From: Anaerolinea thermophila
GTDB lineage: Bacteria; Chloroflexota; Anaerolineae; Anaerolineales; UBA4823
Assembly (NCBI GenBank): GCA_020724505.1
Contig: DYGV01000012.1
Coordinates: forward strand, 1-47,429
Length of the DNA stretch: 47,429 nucleotides
Direction: 5' to 3'
Part shown: positions 18,104 through 28,551 of the stretch, piece by piece
How positions within the stretch are numbered: position 1 is the stretch's first letter
Layout: every line of letters begins with the position of its first letter
Made by a program: the position numbers and the translations under genes
The notes under the pieces: model-generated
What the model saw: only the letters and a program-made list of their open reading frames with translations
Databases searched by the model: none
Told to the model about the DNA's origin: nothing

Positions 18104-21100
18104 ATGCTTAAAAGACTTATCCGTGTTATTGGGGGCGACCCCAACAAACGAGAAATAGACCGATTATCGGAGATTGTGGATCAGATCAACGCCCTTGAGC
18201 GCAAGTTTGAGGCGCTCAGCGACGCAGCGTTATCTGAAAAGACCAACGAATTTCGCGCTCGCCTGGCAGATGGCGAAACGCTCGATGATCTGTTGCCCGA
18301 AGCCTACGCTGCAGTGCGCGAAGCTAGCAAACGCACGCTAGGACTGCGCCACTTCGATGTTCAACTTATCGGCGGCATCGTACTCCATGAGGGCAAAATC
18401 GCCGAGATGCGCACCGGCGAAGGTAAAACGTTGGTGGCGACGTTGCCCTTATACCTTAACGCTCTGACCGGCCGAGGCGTACACCTGGTCACTGTGAACG
18501 ACTACCTGGCGCGCCGCGATGCCCGCTGGATGGCGCCAATTTACACCATGCTCGGTATGACTGTGGGCGTCTTACAAATCGCTGCTCGTACCGAGAATGG
18601 CAAAAAGGCTTTTATCGTGGATCTGAACCGTTCTTCGCCTCATGAGGATCAACATCAATTGCGCATGGTGCCGCGGCAGGAAGCCTATCTGGCAGACATC
18701 ACCTACGGAACCAACTCGGAATTTGGCTTTGATTACCTGCGCGACAACATGACCATGCGCCTGGATGAGCGAGTCCAACGTGGCCATTATTACGCCATAG
18801 TGGACGAAGTTGACAATGTGTTGATAGATGAGGCGCGAACCCCGCTCATCATCTCTGGCCCAGCACACGATGAAGCCGAGTGGTACATCCGCATGGCTCA
18901 GATCGTCAAAGCTTTGCGTCCAGAAGATTACGAAATCAACGAAAAAGATCGTACGGTCACGCTGACCGAGATCGGTGAAGGGCACGTCGAAGAATTACTC
19001 AATATGCCACTGCGCGATCCGGATCGCCCGGAGGATGTTACACTGGAGCAGGCCCGCATGTTGGGGTATCTGGAACAGGCGCTGCGAGCACAGTTCCTGT
19101 ATCGCCGCAATAAAGACTATCTGGTTCAGGCGGGCAAGGTCATCATCATTGATGAATTCACTGGTCGCATGATGCCCGGACGACGTTGGTCTGATGGTCT
19201 GCATCAGGCGGTGGAAGCAAAAGAGGGCGTGAAGGTGCAGAGCGAATCGGTCACCTACGCCACCATCACGATTCAGAACTATTTCCGCATGTACGAGAAA
19301 CTGGCTGGTATGTCCGGCACAGCCATCACCGAAGCGGAAGAGTTCGATAAAATCTATAAGCTAGGTGTCATCGCCATACCCACCAATCTTGAATATCTGG
19401 CGCAGAAACCCGAATCCGGGCTTAAGGTGGTCGAAGCGCGGGATGAATCCGGATACCGCTATCAATACTACGCACGAGTTGATGACCCGGAAGAGAAACC
19501 CGTCTTTTGGCGACGCAAAGATTATCCCGATGTCATCTACCGTACGCAAGAAGTCAAACTGCGCTCGATTTGCCGCGAAATCCTACGCTACCATGTGCTT
19601 GGACGGCCGTTGCTAGTCGGCACAACCTCCGTCGAATTATCTGAGCGATTATCCGCGCGATTGCGGGCTGAACCTTTGCGCCGTCTGGCTCAAACCATAT
19701 TATTGCGAGATGCATTCGTGCGCATCCATAACATCCAGGAAGACGGCCGTCAAATCTCAGAACTAAGCTTCCTATACGCCGCGCCGCTCGCCGATCTAGA
19801 CCAAGGCGCCATGCGCAAACTGGCGCGCGAGTTGGGTATCCCCTTCAACCCTGAAGACCCGATCAACCTGAAACGGTTGCTAGAGATATTCGAACTGCCG
19901 GAAACTTATCAAGATCGCTTGGCTGCGGTCTTACAGGCCGGCATCCCACACCAAGTGTTGAATGCCCGTAAGCATACCGAGGAAAGCCAAATCATCGCCG
20001 GCGCCGGCGCATTTGGTGCAGTGACCATTGCAACCAACATGGCTGGACGCGGCGTTGATATTAAGCTGGGCGGCGAATTAGCAGAAGAAATCCTTTCTGC
20101 GGTCAACCGCGTCTTGCACCGCGCTGGTTACTCAAACGCTTATGATATGACCCACCAGGAACGGCGCCAGGCATTGCTCGAACTGGGGCCAGATGGGTAT
20201 GGCATCTATGACGCCGAAATCCAATACTTCCTTCGCTATGTGGACGAGATGGAGCAAGTGAAAGCACTGGGCGGTCTACATGTGATCGGCTCAGAACGTC
20301 ATGAAGCGCGCCGCATTGACAATCAGTTGCGCGGACGCGCGGCACGTCAGGGCGATCCTGGTTCCTCCCGTTTCTACTTATCCATGGAAGACGACTTGAT
20401 GCGCCTCTTCGGCGGCCAACAGGCAGACGCGATGATGCAGCGGTTGAAAGTGGATGATGCTTTGCCGCTGGAGGTCGGGCTGGTGGGACGGTTGATCGAA
20501 CAATCGCAAACTCGCGTCGAAGGCGCAAATTTCGATATGCGCAAGCACCTGCTGGAATATGACGATGTGCTTAACACCCAGCGCGCTCGCATTTACGGCC
20601 AACGCGACCGCATCTTCACCAAAGACGACCTCACCGAGGATGTTACCAACATGCTTCGCGAGGAGCTGGCACGTCGCATCCCCGAAGCGCTCAACGACGA
20701 GGGTGGACCCTGGAAATTGCTGGCCTGGCTGGATCAGATACAGCCAACCATCCAACTCGGAGGTTTTTATTTCCCTTCGTTCGGCCTGCGCCTGCTGCTG
20801 AATAGCATTCTGGAAAGGTTGGGGGGACAGATTACTAAGGATTCGCTGCGAGAAATTTTGATCCAAATTTCGGAAGATGCGTTGCTGGCAGAAAAACAGC
20901 ACCACATGCAGGCGATTCTTGAAGCCCTGGAAGTTGGTGAAACTCGTCTCGAGTCACAAATTGAAGATCGTCTGGAAGCTATAGACGCTTTCTTCGAGAG
21001 CCTATTGCATGGCGACGAGACAGAAATTCGCCGCCCCGCGGATTTGCTGAACGAACTATCGAATCTGGCGCGAATGCCCATCAAACTACCTCCGGAGGAT

Positions 21101-22216
21101 TTGCGCAACATCCTGGAATCTCCCGAACCCGTGCGCAATGCAGTGCGCCAGCAGGTGGAACAAGCCTTACGAATTCAAGCCATTGGGCGTATCGTCGGCG
21201 CCGCCGAGCGACGTATAGATGAGGTGCTGGATCTGAACGTGACTCGCTTGGCAGAATACAGTTGGTTGGAAACGTCCAATCAAATCATGCAGGCCGTGGA
21301 AGATGCTCTGGATAAACGTCGTGAGCGCTATCTGGGAACTGGTGGACAGATCCTCAAGGATATTGACGCCATGCTGGAGAATCTACCGCCGACGATTCAT
21401 GAGCAGGTAATTCTGGCTATTCTCCTCCAACTGCCTCAAGGCGCACGCGCCCTCTTTGACAAACGCACCCATCGTCGCTACTTCCAACGCACTCAACGCA
21501 TGACCTTTGTATATTCAGCTGCCAAATACCTGGAGGGCTTAAAGCCAAACGAAGTCACGGAACAGGTGTTGGAACATTTAGAAGCCGCCCAAAGGGCAAT
21601 TCGCCTCGCCTGGGGACAAGGCGAATTTGCCCGTTTGAAAGACTTTTCTCTACTTGAACTGGAAAGCGAGGCACGAAGCAGCATACTTCGTTCCTTGAAT
21701 ATCGGTGAAGACGACGAACTGGCGCGCCAACCACTCAGCGTTTTTCCAGCGGAAGAGAAACAGATCGTGATTGATGAGCTAGGGCGACGGGTACTGACAG
21801 GAATCTATCGGCAGCTTCTCCTGAGTGTAATCACCGAATTATGGGTGGATTACCTTACTCAAATGGAGGCATTGCGCGTCTCCATTGGATTGGAAGCCTA
21901 TGCGCAGCGAGACCCCCTCGTACAGTACAAAAACCGCGCCGCAGAACTTTTCCAGAACTTGCAGCGTGACATCCGCCTGGGCGTCATTTCCCGCATGTTC
22001 ACCTACCGCCCCCGCGACCTTAGCCAAATGCAAGCCAACGTTGCCCGCCAAGAGACAACAGCCTCGGAAGACGAAGAAACACTCGTTACCGTTCAAGAAA
22101 CGGCTGCCGATGATGGGTTGGCTGCGGAATCTGTTATATCCAAAGACCAACTAGCCAGAAGTGATGCTCAGACATCCAATAACAGCGGAAAAAAGCGCAA
22201 GCGACGCCGGAAATAA
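18104..22216 (+). CDS. secA: Preprotein translocase ATPase SecA, unusually long (1370 aa)
   Basis: MLKRLIRVIGGDPNKREIDRL..., Walker A MRTGEGKT, DEVDNVLIDEARTPLIISG, TNMAGRGVDIKLGG and LRGRAARQGDPGSSRFYLS. The scaffold helix LEYDDVLNTQRARIY and the terminal WVDYLTQMEALRVSIGLEAYAQRDPLVQYK are separated by about 420 aa. Confidence 0.95.
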   Translation: MLKRLIRVIGGDPNKREIDRLSEIVDQINALERKFEALSDAALSEKTNEFRARLADGETLDDLLPEAYAAVREASKRTLGLRHFDVQLIGGIVLHEGKIAEMRTGEGKTLVATLPLYLNALTGRGVHLVTVNDYLARRDARWMAPIYTMLGMTVGVLQIAARTENGKKAFIVDLNRSSPHEDQHQLRMVPRQEAYLADITYGTNSEFGFDYLRDNMTMRLDERVQRGHYYAIVDEVDNVLIDEARTPLIISGPAHDEAEWYIRMAQIVKALRPEDYEINEKDRTVTLTEIGEGHVEELLNMPLRDPDRPEDVTLEQARMLGYLEQALRAQFLYRRNKDYLVQAGKVIIIDEFTGRMMPGRRWSDGLHQAVEAKEGVKVQSESVTYATITIQNYFRMYEKLAGMSGTAITEAEEFDKIYKLGVIAIPTNLEYLAQKPESGLKVVEARDESGYRYQYYARVDDPEEKPVFWRRKDYPDVIYRTQEVKLRSICREILRYHVLGRPLLVGTTSVELSERLSARLRAEPLRRLAQTILLRDAFVRIHNIQEDGRQISELSFLYAAPLADLDQGAMRKLARELGIPFNPEDPINLKRLLEIFELPETYQDRLAAVLQAGIPHQVLNARKHTEESQIIAGAGAFGAVTIATNMAGRGVDIKLGGELAEEILSAVNRVLHRAGYSNAYDMTHQERRQALLELGPDGYGIYDAEIQYFLRYVDEMEQVKALGGLHVIGSERHEARRIDNQLRGRAARQGDPGSSRFYLSMEDDLMRLFGGQQADAMMQRLKVDDALPLEVGLVGRLIEQSQTRVEGANFDMRKHLLEYDDVLNTQRARIYGQRDRIFTKDDLTEDVTNMLREELARRIPEALNDEGGPWKLLAWLDQIQPTIQLGGFYFPSFGLRLLLNSILERLGGQITKDSLREILIQISEDALLAEKQHHMQAILEALEVGETRLESQIEDRLEAIDAFFESLLHGDETEIRRPADLLNELSNLARMPIKLPPEDLRNILESPEPVRNAVRQQVEQALRIQAIGRIVGAAERRIDEVLDLNVTRLAEYSWLETSNQIMQAVEDALDKRRERYLGTGGQILKDIDAMLENLPPTIHEQVILAILLQLPQGARALFDKRTHRRYFQRTQRMTFVYSAAKYLEGLKPNEVTEQVLEHLEAAQRAIRLAWGQGEFARLKDFSLLELESEARSSILRSLNIGEDDELARQPLSVFPAEEKQIVIDELGRRVLTGIYRQLLLSVITELWVDYLTQMEALRVSIGLEAYAQRDPLVQYKNRAAELFQNLQRDIRLGVISRMFTYRPRDLSQMQANVARQETTASEDEETLVTVQETAADDGLAAESVISKDQLARSDAQTSNNSGKKRKRRRK

Positions 22217-22229
22217 AGCGAGGTCCATC

Positions 22230-23267
22230 GTGATCAACGAACGCCCACCCGATTATTATCGCTCGTTGCCGAAAATCGAACTTCATCGGCATCTGGAAGG
22301 CTCCCTCCGCATCAGAACTTTACTGGAGATTGGGCGCGCACACGGCGTTCCTATACCCGGCACCGGACGTTTACGCGAGTTGGTGCAAATTGGGGATGAA
22401 GACACGCTGACTTTCGAGAACTTTCTTTCAAAATTCCAAACTCTGCGCATGTTTTATCGCTCTCCAGAAGCGATTCACCGAATTACTCAGGAGACGATCG
22501 CCGATGCAGCCGAAGACAACATCCGCTACATGGAATTACGCTTCACCCCCATTGCGCTCAGCCGGGCTGAGAATTTCCCGCTGGCTGAAGTCATGGATTG
22601 GGTTATCGCAGCGGCTGCTGAAGCGCAAAAAAAATACCCCATAAAAGTCCGGCTAATTGTCAGTGTGAATCGTCATGAAAGCGTAGACCTGGCGTCGGAG
22701 ATAGTCAAACTGGCAATTGATCGGCGCGATCAAGGTATTGTCGGTATTGACCTGGCAGGGAATGAAGCCGAATTTTCGGGGATGGCGTTTCTAGGAGTGT
22801 TTAAAGAAGCCCGCCAGGCAGGAATGATGATCACGATACACGCTGGGGAGTGGGGTGGAGCCGAAAATGTGCTCAATGCCATTCTGTACCTGGGCGCCGA
22901 TCGGATCGGACATGGCGTCCGGGTAATGGAAGACCCAGAGGTGGTAGCTTTAGCGCGAGAAAGAGGCATACCTTTCGAAGTGTGTGTGACAAGCAACTAT
23001 CAATCCGGCGTGGTGCCATCGGTCGCAGTTCATCCACTGACGCGTATGATTCAAAATGGTTTACGAGTCACGTTGAATACCGATGATCCAAGCATCTCGA
23101 AGATTACGCTTTCAGATGAATACCGATTAGCAGAAAACGAGTTAGGCCTCGCCCCCGAAACTTTACGCAATTGTGTGATTACAGCAGCCCAGGCTGCTTT
23201 TCTTCCACAGGAAGAGCGCGATCAGCTCGTACAAAATATTCTCGAAAATTATCCATTGATAGCTTAA
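22230..23267 (+). CDS. add: Adenosine deaminase (copy 1)
   Basis: LPKIELHRHLEGSL, ITIHAGE and TLNTDDP motifs. The GTG at 22230 lies after the secA stop with AAGCGAGG upstream. The track ORF start at 22161 would overlap secA by 56 nt. Confidence 0.85.
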   Translation: MINERPPDYYRSLPKIELHRHLEGSLRIRTLLEIGRAHGVPIPGTGRLRELVQIGDEDTLTFENFLSKFQTLRMFYRSPEAIHRITQETIADAAEDNIRYMELRFTPIALSRAENFPLAEVMDWVIAAAAEAQKKYPIKVRLIVSVNRHESVDLASEIVKLAIDRRDQGIVGIDLAGNEAEFSGMAFLGVFKEARQAGMMITIHAGEWGGAENVLNAILYLGADRIGHGVRVMEDPEVVALARERGIPFEVCVTSNYQSGVVPSVAVHPLTRMIQNGLRVTLNTDDPSISKITLSDEYRLAENELGLAPETLRNCVITAAQAAFLPQEERDQLVQNILENYPLIA

Positions 23268-23329
23268 CCACCCCACATATCAAGGCGGCGTAGATAGGTG
23301 TTGAAGGTCTCGGCAGGCTAAATCGGCGT

Positions 23330-24103
23330 TTATCGCGTTGCAGCCTTGCGCTCCCATTCAGCGACACAATCATGTAAAAATTCTCGAATGCCAACATCCG
23401 TAATGTCGCTGACCGCCGCGAATTGAACGCCGTCCACCACCACATACATTCCGCCGCCTGGCAAGTCAACCAGCTTGATGGTTCGCCCCGCAAATGGAGA
23501 ATCCGGCAAGCGTCGTTGGACGATCTCATCTACCTGCGCCACGATACTTTTTGCCCGAACGGGCGTTTCCTTTGGCGTTTCCCTGCTTATTACGCGGGCT
23601 AAAATATCCCCCACCTCCAGGCTGGGTGGCTGAACTTCTGAAGGATAGTCAACCACCGCCGGCGACGCATCAGCAGGCAATTTCAAAGTTGGAGGTAGTG
23701 CATTGACCTGCTGCTTCAACGCCTCCGGCCGTTCCACAGCTTCCATCTCTTGCGCCGGCATTTTCGCGCTGAGGGATACCAGACGATCAGGTTGATCGTC
23801 CACTCCTAACCACAGTTCTAGTTCATCGTGTAATTTTTTCAGCGTTTCCACCTGGCGAGCATCAAGATCCGCACGCGAACGGTAGATCTTGCCCTCGAAT
23901 TCCAGGAAAATGCGATCAGAGCGTCGGTCTCTCCAAATGCGGGCGGCTTCAACTTGTTTTTGGCTCTTGGGGCTGCCAGAACCAACCGGCGTCTGTGGGG
24001 CGCGTAATCCTGCCAGTACATAACCAATCGCCGCGCCAACGAACAGGCTTATGACGCCGATCAATAGAACCGCGATAACCGTGTTCAAAAAATCTGAAGT
24101 CAT
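23330..24103 (-). CDS. Membrane-anchored hypothetical protein
   Basis: 257-aa ORF with an N-terminal TM segment VIAVLLIGVISLFVGAAIGYVLAGL. No recognisable catalytic motif. Confidence 0.55.
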   Translation of the reverse strand: MTSDFLNTVIAVLLIGVISLFVGAAIGYVLAGLRAPQTPVGSGSPKSQKQVEAARIWRDRRSDRIFLEFEGKIYRSRADLDARQVETLKKLHDELELWLGVDDQPDRLVSLSAKMPAQEMEAVERPEALKQQVNALPPTLKLPADASPAVVDYPSEVQPPSLEVGDILARVISRETPKETPVRAKSIVAQVDEIVQRRLPDSPFAGRTIKLVDLPGGGMYVVVDGVQFAAVSDITDVGIREFLHDCVAEWERKAATR

Positions 24104-24182
24104 ACTCGCCGCGCCTCGAGTTTAGATCTCAATTTCAATTATTATAGCATTCCAACGCCGCGTCATACACCTTACAAAGGCT

Positions 24183-25001
24183 TTACAATCGCTGACAATT
24201 TGGGCAAAAGTGGGCGCTCCGCTGACCGATTACAATTCGCTGGATAGCTTCGCCGCATTCCCGGCAAGGTTGACCCGTTCGTTGGTAAACCCGAAAATAA
24301 TTTTGAAACTCGCCGCCGCGATATACCCAGTCAATGCTTGCTCCATTGCGTTGGATGCCCTCTTCGATCACCGCGCGAATAGCCCGCCACAAACGCTCCG
24401 CATCAGCTGCACTCACCTGATTCGAAAGCATCAGCGGGTGCAGACGGGCTAGATTTAACGCCTCATCGGCGTAAATATTGCCCAGCCCAGCCAGGAAAGT
24501 TTGATCCAATAACAGAGGTTTCAAGCGCCGGCGATGAGCATGTAAGCGGCGATACAAATCCTGGGCTTGGAAAGCATCGTCCAACGGTTCTGGGCCAAGG
24601 TCTGAAAGGATTGTCTCTTTCTCCGCAGTTAGCCAGAGGCGGCCAAATTTGCGTGCGTCTATAAACGCCAACCGTTGACCGTTTTCGAACTCTATTGCCA
24701 CGCGACAATGCGTGGCTACCGGTTCTCTGTTTTCTTCCACCACCAGATCGCCACTCATGTGCAAATGGATTAGCAACGCATCCTTCGACAATTCAACGAT
24801 GAGGAATTTACCGCGCCGGCCAATATCAACCACTTGCTGACCGATCAATCGCCTTTTAAATTCATCCACTCCGGGCATGACAAGGGAGCGCGCCCATAGG
24901 ACTTGGGCGCTTTCGACATTCCAACCTAAAATACTGGGCAAGGTCGCGCCGCCACGACGCAAATTCTGACGGATAGTTTCGACCTCTGGCAATTCTGGCA
25001 T
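24183..25001 (-). CDS. mutM: Formamidopyrimidine-DNA glycosylase
   Basis: N-terminal MPELPEVET, a helix-two-turn-helix region, and a C-terminal zinc finger CRECGEAIQRIVIGQRSAHFCPNCQ. Confidence 0.92.
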   Translation of the reverse strand: MPELPEVETIRQNLRRGGATLPSILGWNVESAQVLWARSLVMPGVDEFKRRLIGQQVVDIGRRGKFLIVELSKDALLIHLHMSGDLVVEENREPVATHCRVAIEFENGQRLAFIDARKFGRLWLTAEKETILSDLGPEPLDDAFQAQDLYRRLHAHRRRLKPLLLDQTFLAGLGNIYADEALNLARLHPLMLSNQVSAADAERLWRAIRAVIEEGIQRNGASIDWVYRGGEFQNYFRVYQRTGQPCRECGEAIQRIVIGQRSAHFCPNCQRL

Positions 25002-25007
25002 GAATGG

Positions 25008-25556
25008 CTAATCCTGGCCTTCAGCGGACATCCACTCCTCACGCAATATACTCATCCGGATAACATCCCAGTATCTGCCATTCCGAAACTCCCCCTGGCG
25101 ATCACGTCCTTCAACCACAAATCCTGCCTTCTGATAAGCGCGCATAGCGCGTGGGTTAGTCTCATACACTCGCAGGAAGACTCGGTTCAAATTGAGCATT
25201 TCAAAGGCATGGCGCAATAACAATTTCAAAGCTTCTGTGCCATAACCTTGATTCCAATAAGCCTTATCGCCAATGAAAATCCCCAGCTCTGCAACTCGGT
25301 TGCGCCAATCAATATTCATTAAGCTCAGATTGCCGATCATTTTCCATCCATCCCCTTCGGGGATTTCAATGACCATTGGGCGCTCATCCGGCGGGCGCTT
25401 GAGCATTCCTTCATACCACTGCCGTTCTTCTGCCATGGATAATGGGCGATACATCTCCAGGTTGGCTATGACCTCTGGATCATTCAACCAGGCCACGAAC
25501 TGAGGTAAATCCTCATTTTCTACGCCGCGCAAACGAATGCGTTTGCCGTAAATCAT
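25008..25556 (-). CDS. GNAT family N-acetyltransferase (RimJ/RimL-like)
   Basis: 182 aa. IGNLSLMNIDWRNRVAELGIFIGDKAYWNQGYGTEALKLLLRHAF...NPRAMRAYQKAGF is the typical acetyl-CoA binding core. Confidence 0.8.
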   Translation of the reverse strand: MIYGKRIRLRGVENEDLPQFVAWLNDPEVIANLEMYRPLSMAEERQWYEGMLKRPPDERPMVIEIPEGDGWKMIGNLSLMNIDWRNRVAELGIFIGDKAYWNQGYGTEALKLLLRHAFEMLNLNRVFLRVYETNPRAMRAYQKAGFVVEGRDRQGEFRNGRYWDVIRMSILREEWMSAEGQD

Positions 25557-25575
25557 CCTGCACCCTTCAATATCG

Positions 25576-26598
25576 CTAGCATTTTTTCAATAATTCTTCC
25601 ACTGCTTCCCATGGGGAAAGTTTACGCTGTGTCAATAGATCCAACGTGAGCCAGTATTCCTCTTCCGCAACGCGTTCACGCCAGCGCGACATTAACGTCT
25701 CGCGCAGCAATAAATCCAGCTCCGAGCGTAATCGAGTGCGTTCCCTGAGCATCAGATTGCCCGAATCTTTTAGATATTGATAGTGAAGCTGGATTTGCTC
25801 GACCAATTCCGGCAGCCCCGCCCCTTCTGTCGCCACAGTGCGCACGATTGGCGGTATCCAATGATTGCCTGTAACCTCCGGCGTCGAAAAAGATAGAACG
25901 GGTATTTCATGACCAGGTTTAGGTTGATGATTTTCAAATACATGCGCCGCCGGATGGCCTAGTTGCAACATACTACGCAAGGCTCGCTCTGCAGCCTCAA
26001 CACCCGGCTGATCGGCTTTATTGATGACCAGAATATCCGCGATCTCCAAGATTCCAGCTTTGATCGCCTGAATATCGTCGCCCAATCCCGGCGTTTCAAC
26101 AACCAACGTGGTGTGCGCCAGGCGCGCTATATCCACCTCTGCCTGTCCTGCGCCCACCGTTTCGATCAAGATAATTTCATAACCGGCTGCATCCAGCGCC
26201 TGCACTACGCCAGAAGTGGCTGCGGCGAGCCCACCCAGCGATCCGCGAGAGGCCATGGAGCGGATAAAGACTCCCGAATCGCCTGCCAGGTCACGCATCC
26301 GTACACGATCGCCTAATATAGCGCCGCCGGTGAACGGGCTAGATGGATCCACTGCCACGATGCCCACCCGATACGAGCGGGTTGAATCAGAGCGCCGAAA
26401 ATGCAAAGCAAGCTGATTCACCAGCGAAGACTTTCCCGTTCCAGGAGCGCCGGTAACTCCAATAATATGCGCTTTGCCAGTTTGAGGGAACAATGCTTTT
26501 AAACCGGCTTTGCCCTCTTCGGTGTTATTCTCAATGTGAGTTAACAACCGCGCCAAAGCCAGGCGATTGCCTTGCAACACATCCTGCGCCAAAGTCAT
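25576..26598 (-). CDS. meaB: Methylmalonyl-CoA mutase-associated G-protein chaperone MeaB/ArgK
   Basis: P-loop GVTGAPGTGKSSLV, ETVGAGQAE and INKADQ (NKxD) motifs; 340 aa. Confidence 0.9.
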   Translation of the reverse strand: MTLAQDVLQGNRLALARLLTHIENNTEEGKAGLKALFPQTGKAHIIGVTGAPGTGKSSLVNQLALHFRRSDSTRSYRVGIVAVDPSSPFTGGAILGDRVRMRDLAGDSGVFIRSMASRGSLGGLAAATSGVVQALDAAGYEIILIETVGAGQAEVDIARLAHTTLVVETPGLGDDIQAIKAGILEIADILVINKADQPGVEAAERALRSMLQLGHPAAHVFENHQPKPGHEIPVLSFSTPEVTGNHWIPPIVRTVATEGAGLPELVEQIQLHYQYLKDSGNLMLRERTRLRSELDLLLRETLMSRWRERVAEEEYWLTLDLLTQRKLSPWEAVEELLKKC

Positions 26599-26616
26599 AG
26601 ATACTCGAAGAGTGAT

Positions 26617-27039
26617 TTATGATGAAACGACCTGTTCAGATTTCCCGGCGGTCAGCTTGCGAATATCCTCGATAATTGTATCCGTCAGCGTTCCGGGTCC
26701 GTACACGCCAGCCACGCCCATTTCCAGCAAGCGTGGAATATCTTCATCTGGGATAATACCGCCAACAAACACCTTAACGTGTTCCTGACCGTTCTCTCTC
26801 AGTAATTCGAGAACGCGCGGCACCAACGCCATATGCGCTCCAGAGAGAATAGACAGACCAACCGCGTCAACATCCTCTTGTAAAGCACTTTCAGCAATCA
26901 TCTCAGGCGTCTGTCGCAATCCCGTGTAGATCACTTCCATACCGGCGTCGCGCAAGGCGCGAGCGACCACCTTTGCGCCTCGATCGTGTCCATCTAATCC
27001 GGGTTTTGCCACCAAGACGCGGATTTTTCTTTCAACCAT
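26617..27039 (-). CDS. Cobalamin-binding (small) subunit/domain of methylmalonyl-CoA mutase
   Basis: [34 protein letters not shown] contains the DxHxxG B12-binding motif, followed by GLSILSGAH. The ATG at 27037-27039 is preceded by GAGGAAGGAAG, so I prefer it over the TTG at 27054. Confidence 0.85.
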   Translation of the reverse strand: MVERKIRVLVAKPGLDGHDRGAKVVARALRDAGMEVIYTGLRQTPEMIAESALQEDVDAVGLSILSGAHMALVPRVLELLRENGQEHVKVFVGGIIPDEDIPRLLEMGVAGVYGPGTLTDTIIEDIRKLTAGKSEQVVSS

Positions 27040-27087
27040 GTCTTCCTTCCTCAAAATAATGGATATGAGATTGGTCCGCGTACCATA

Positions 27088-28446
27088 TCAGGGTTGCGGC
27101 GAAGGTTCTGGATAAGGATAGGGGTTGTTTTGCTCCTCCAGGATGCGCCGCGCCTGCTCTATTAATGGGCGCGCCAGATTAATCGGACGCAGCGCATTGA
27201 TAAACCCCCCCACTGGCACGCATACATCGCGTTGATCAACGTCGCCGTCCCCATTGGTATCGGCGATAACGCGGCAATCTACCAGTTCGCCAGAACGCTG
27301 ACCATAGCCAAGCTGAGTAGGCACAGCCACCAATCGCCCATATTGATCCATGGCCATTCCTCCACTGGTGCCACCGGAAATCGCCGCCGAGGTCTTGATA
27401 AAGGCCGGCTCAGTCAATTTACCTGTGATCGTAAAACCGCCCACATCGCCGCGTGTTAAAGTAATCGTTTCGCCGCCAATTCCTGGATAACCCAGAATAA
27501 TGAGCGGGTCGCCAAGTTTTAATTGGCTCGAATCGCCCAACGGCACATATGGCAGGTTCAAAGTTGTGGGATCAACGGGTTTCTGTTTAATGTCTTTGAT
27601 AATTTGCAGCACTGCCAAATCCAAATCTTCATCAATCACGATTGGTTCGGCATAATAGAGATCCGGCGGGGGTAAGGCTGGGTCCTCGGTGATGGAGATG
27701 ATCCATGCATCCGGGCGAAAATCCTGCCCCGGAGTGACCAAATGGGCGTTCGTCAGGATCAACCCATCCGGCGAGACAATGCTACCCGATCCACTCCATG
27801 CGTCGCGCAAATAGCTAGAGTGCTTCAGTTTAGCAGTGATTTTAACCACCGCAGCATAAGGGATAACCACCGGCGTTGGGCTTTCAGTGGGTGTTGGGAG
27901 GATGATTTCAGGAGTGAATGTGGGTTCCGGTGAAGGAACCACGGTCAACTCAGAAGCCGCCTGGGCAACAGGCATCTCAAAGATTATGCGAAAGCCGCTC
28001 ACGGCTTGAAGCTCACCGTTCGCAGCCACAACCTTGAGATCGCCTACTATATCGTCCGTCTGACGAGGGAGCAACGTAATTTCAAACTCTCGCTGATCTC
28101 CCGGCCCCATAAGAAATCCGATCTGATAGCCGGTTTCGTCCTCATAATCCGTGTGGTTTAACGTCCCAGGTAAAATTGATACCACCGCCGCTGACTGTAA
28201 AACCGACTTCGGCAACCGAATTTCATCAATCGAGATATACTCGTGAGTGTCATTTCGCACCGTCAGGATCAGTGGGGTATCCTCCCCCACAGTCGCGATT
28301 GGTGGGGATTGAATGTATGTATGAATGGTTCCCTTGGGGGATAGATTCAACCTCTCGCCAAACAAAAAATACGCTGCGATGGTCACCAGGGCAAAGGTTA
28401 CCACCCCCATTGCGATCAGCGCTAAAACCATACCGCGGTTTTTCAT
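27088..28446 (-). CDS. Membrane-anchored trypsin-like (S1) serine protease
   Basis: N-terminal TM segment. Catalytic triad contexts: LILTNAHLV (His), DLDLAVLQI (Asp) and ISGGTSGGMAM (Ser). No PDZ domain is evident. Confidence 0.8.
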   Translation of the reverse strand: MKNRGMVLALIAMGVVTFALVTIAAYFLFGERLNLSPKGTIHTYIQSPPIATVGEDTPLILTVRNDTHEYISIDEIRLPKSVLQSAAVVSILPGTLNHTDYEDETGYQIGFLMGPGDQREFEITLLPRQTDDIVGDLKVVAANGELQAVSGFRIIFEMPVAQAASELTVVPSPEPTFTPEIILPTPTESPTPVVIPYAAVVKITAKLKHSSYLRDAWSGSGSIVSPDGLILTNAHLVTPGQDFRPDAWIISITEDPALPPPDLYYAEPIVIDEDLDLAVLQIIKDIKQKPVDPTTLNLPYVPLGDSSQLKLGDPLIILGYPGIGGETITLTRGDVGGFTITGKLTEPAFIKTSAAISGGTSGGMAMDQYGRLVAVPTQLGYGQRSGELVDCRVIADTNGDGDVDQRDVCVPVGGFINALRPINLARPLIEQARRILEEQNNPYPYPEPSPQP

Positions 28447-28551
28447 ATTATGAATTTTAATCGCTTATGGCTGTCAGCGCAAGCATACAAGCTTCTGCGA
28501 CCAGCTATTGCACAGTATAATTCAGTAAATGCAAATGAATTTGTATTGACA

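Noticed and set aside
22230-23267. Adenosine deaminases as RADAR/Cad1-like defence deaminases
   Set aside because: Both copies are about 340 aa with canonical Add motifs and no extra domains (no CARF domain, no RdrB-size expansion). No RdrA-like ATPase is adjacent. I kept only the note about convergent adjacency.
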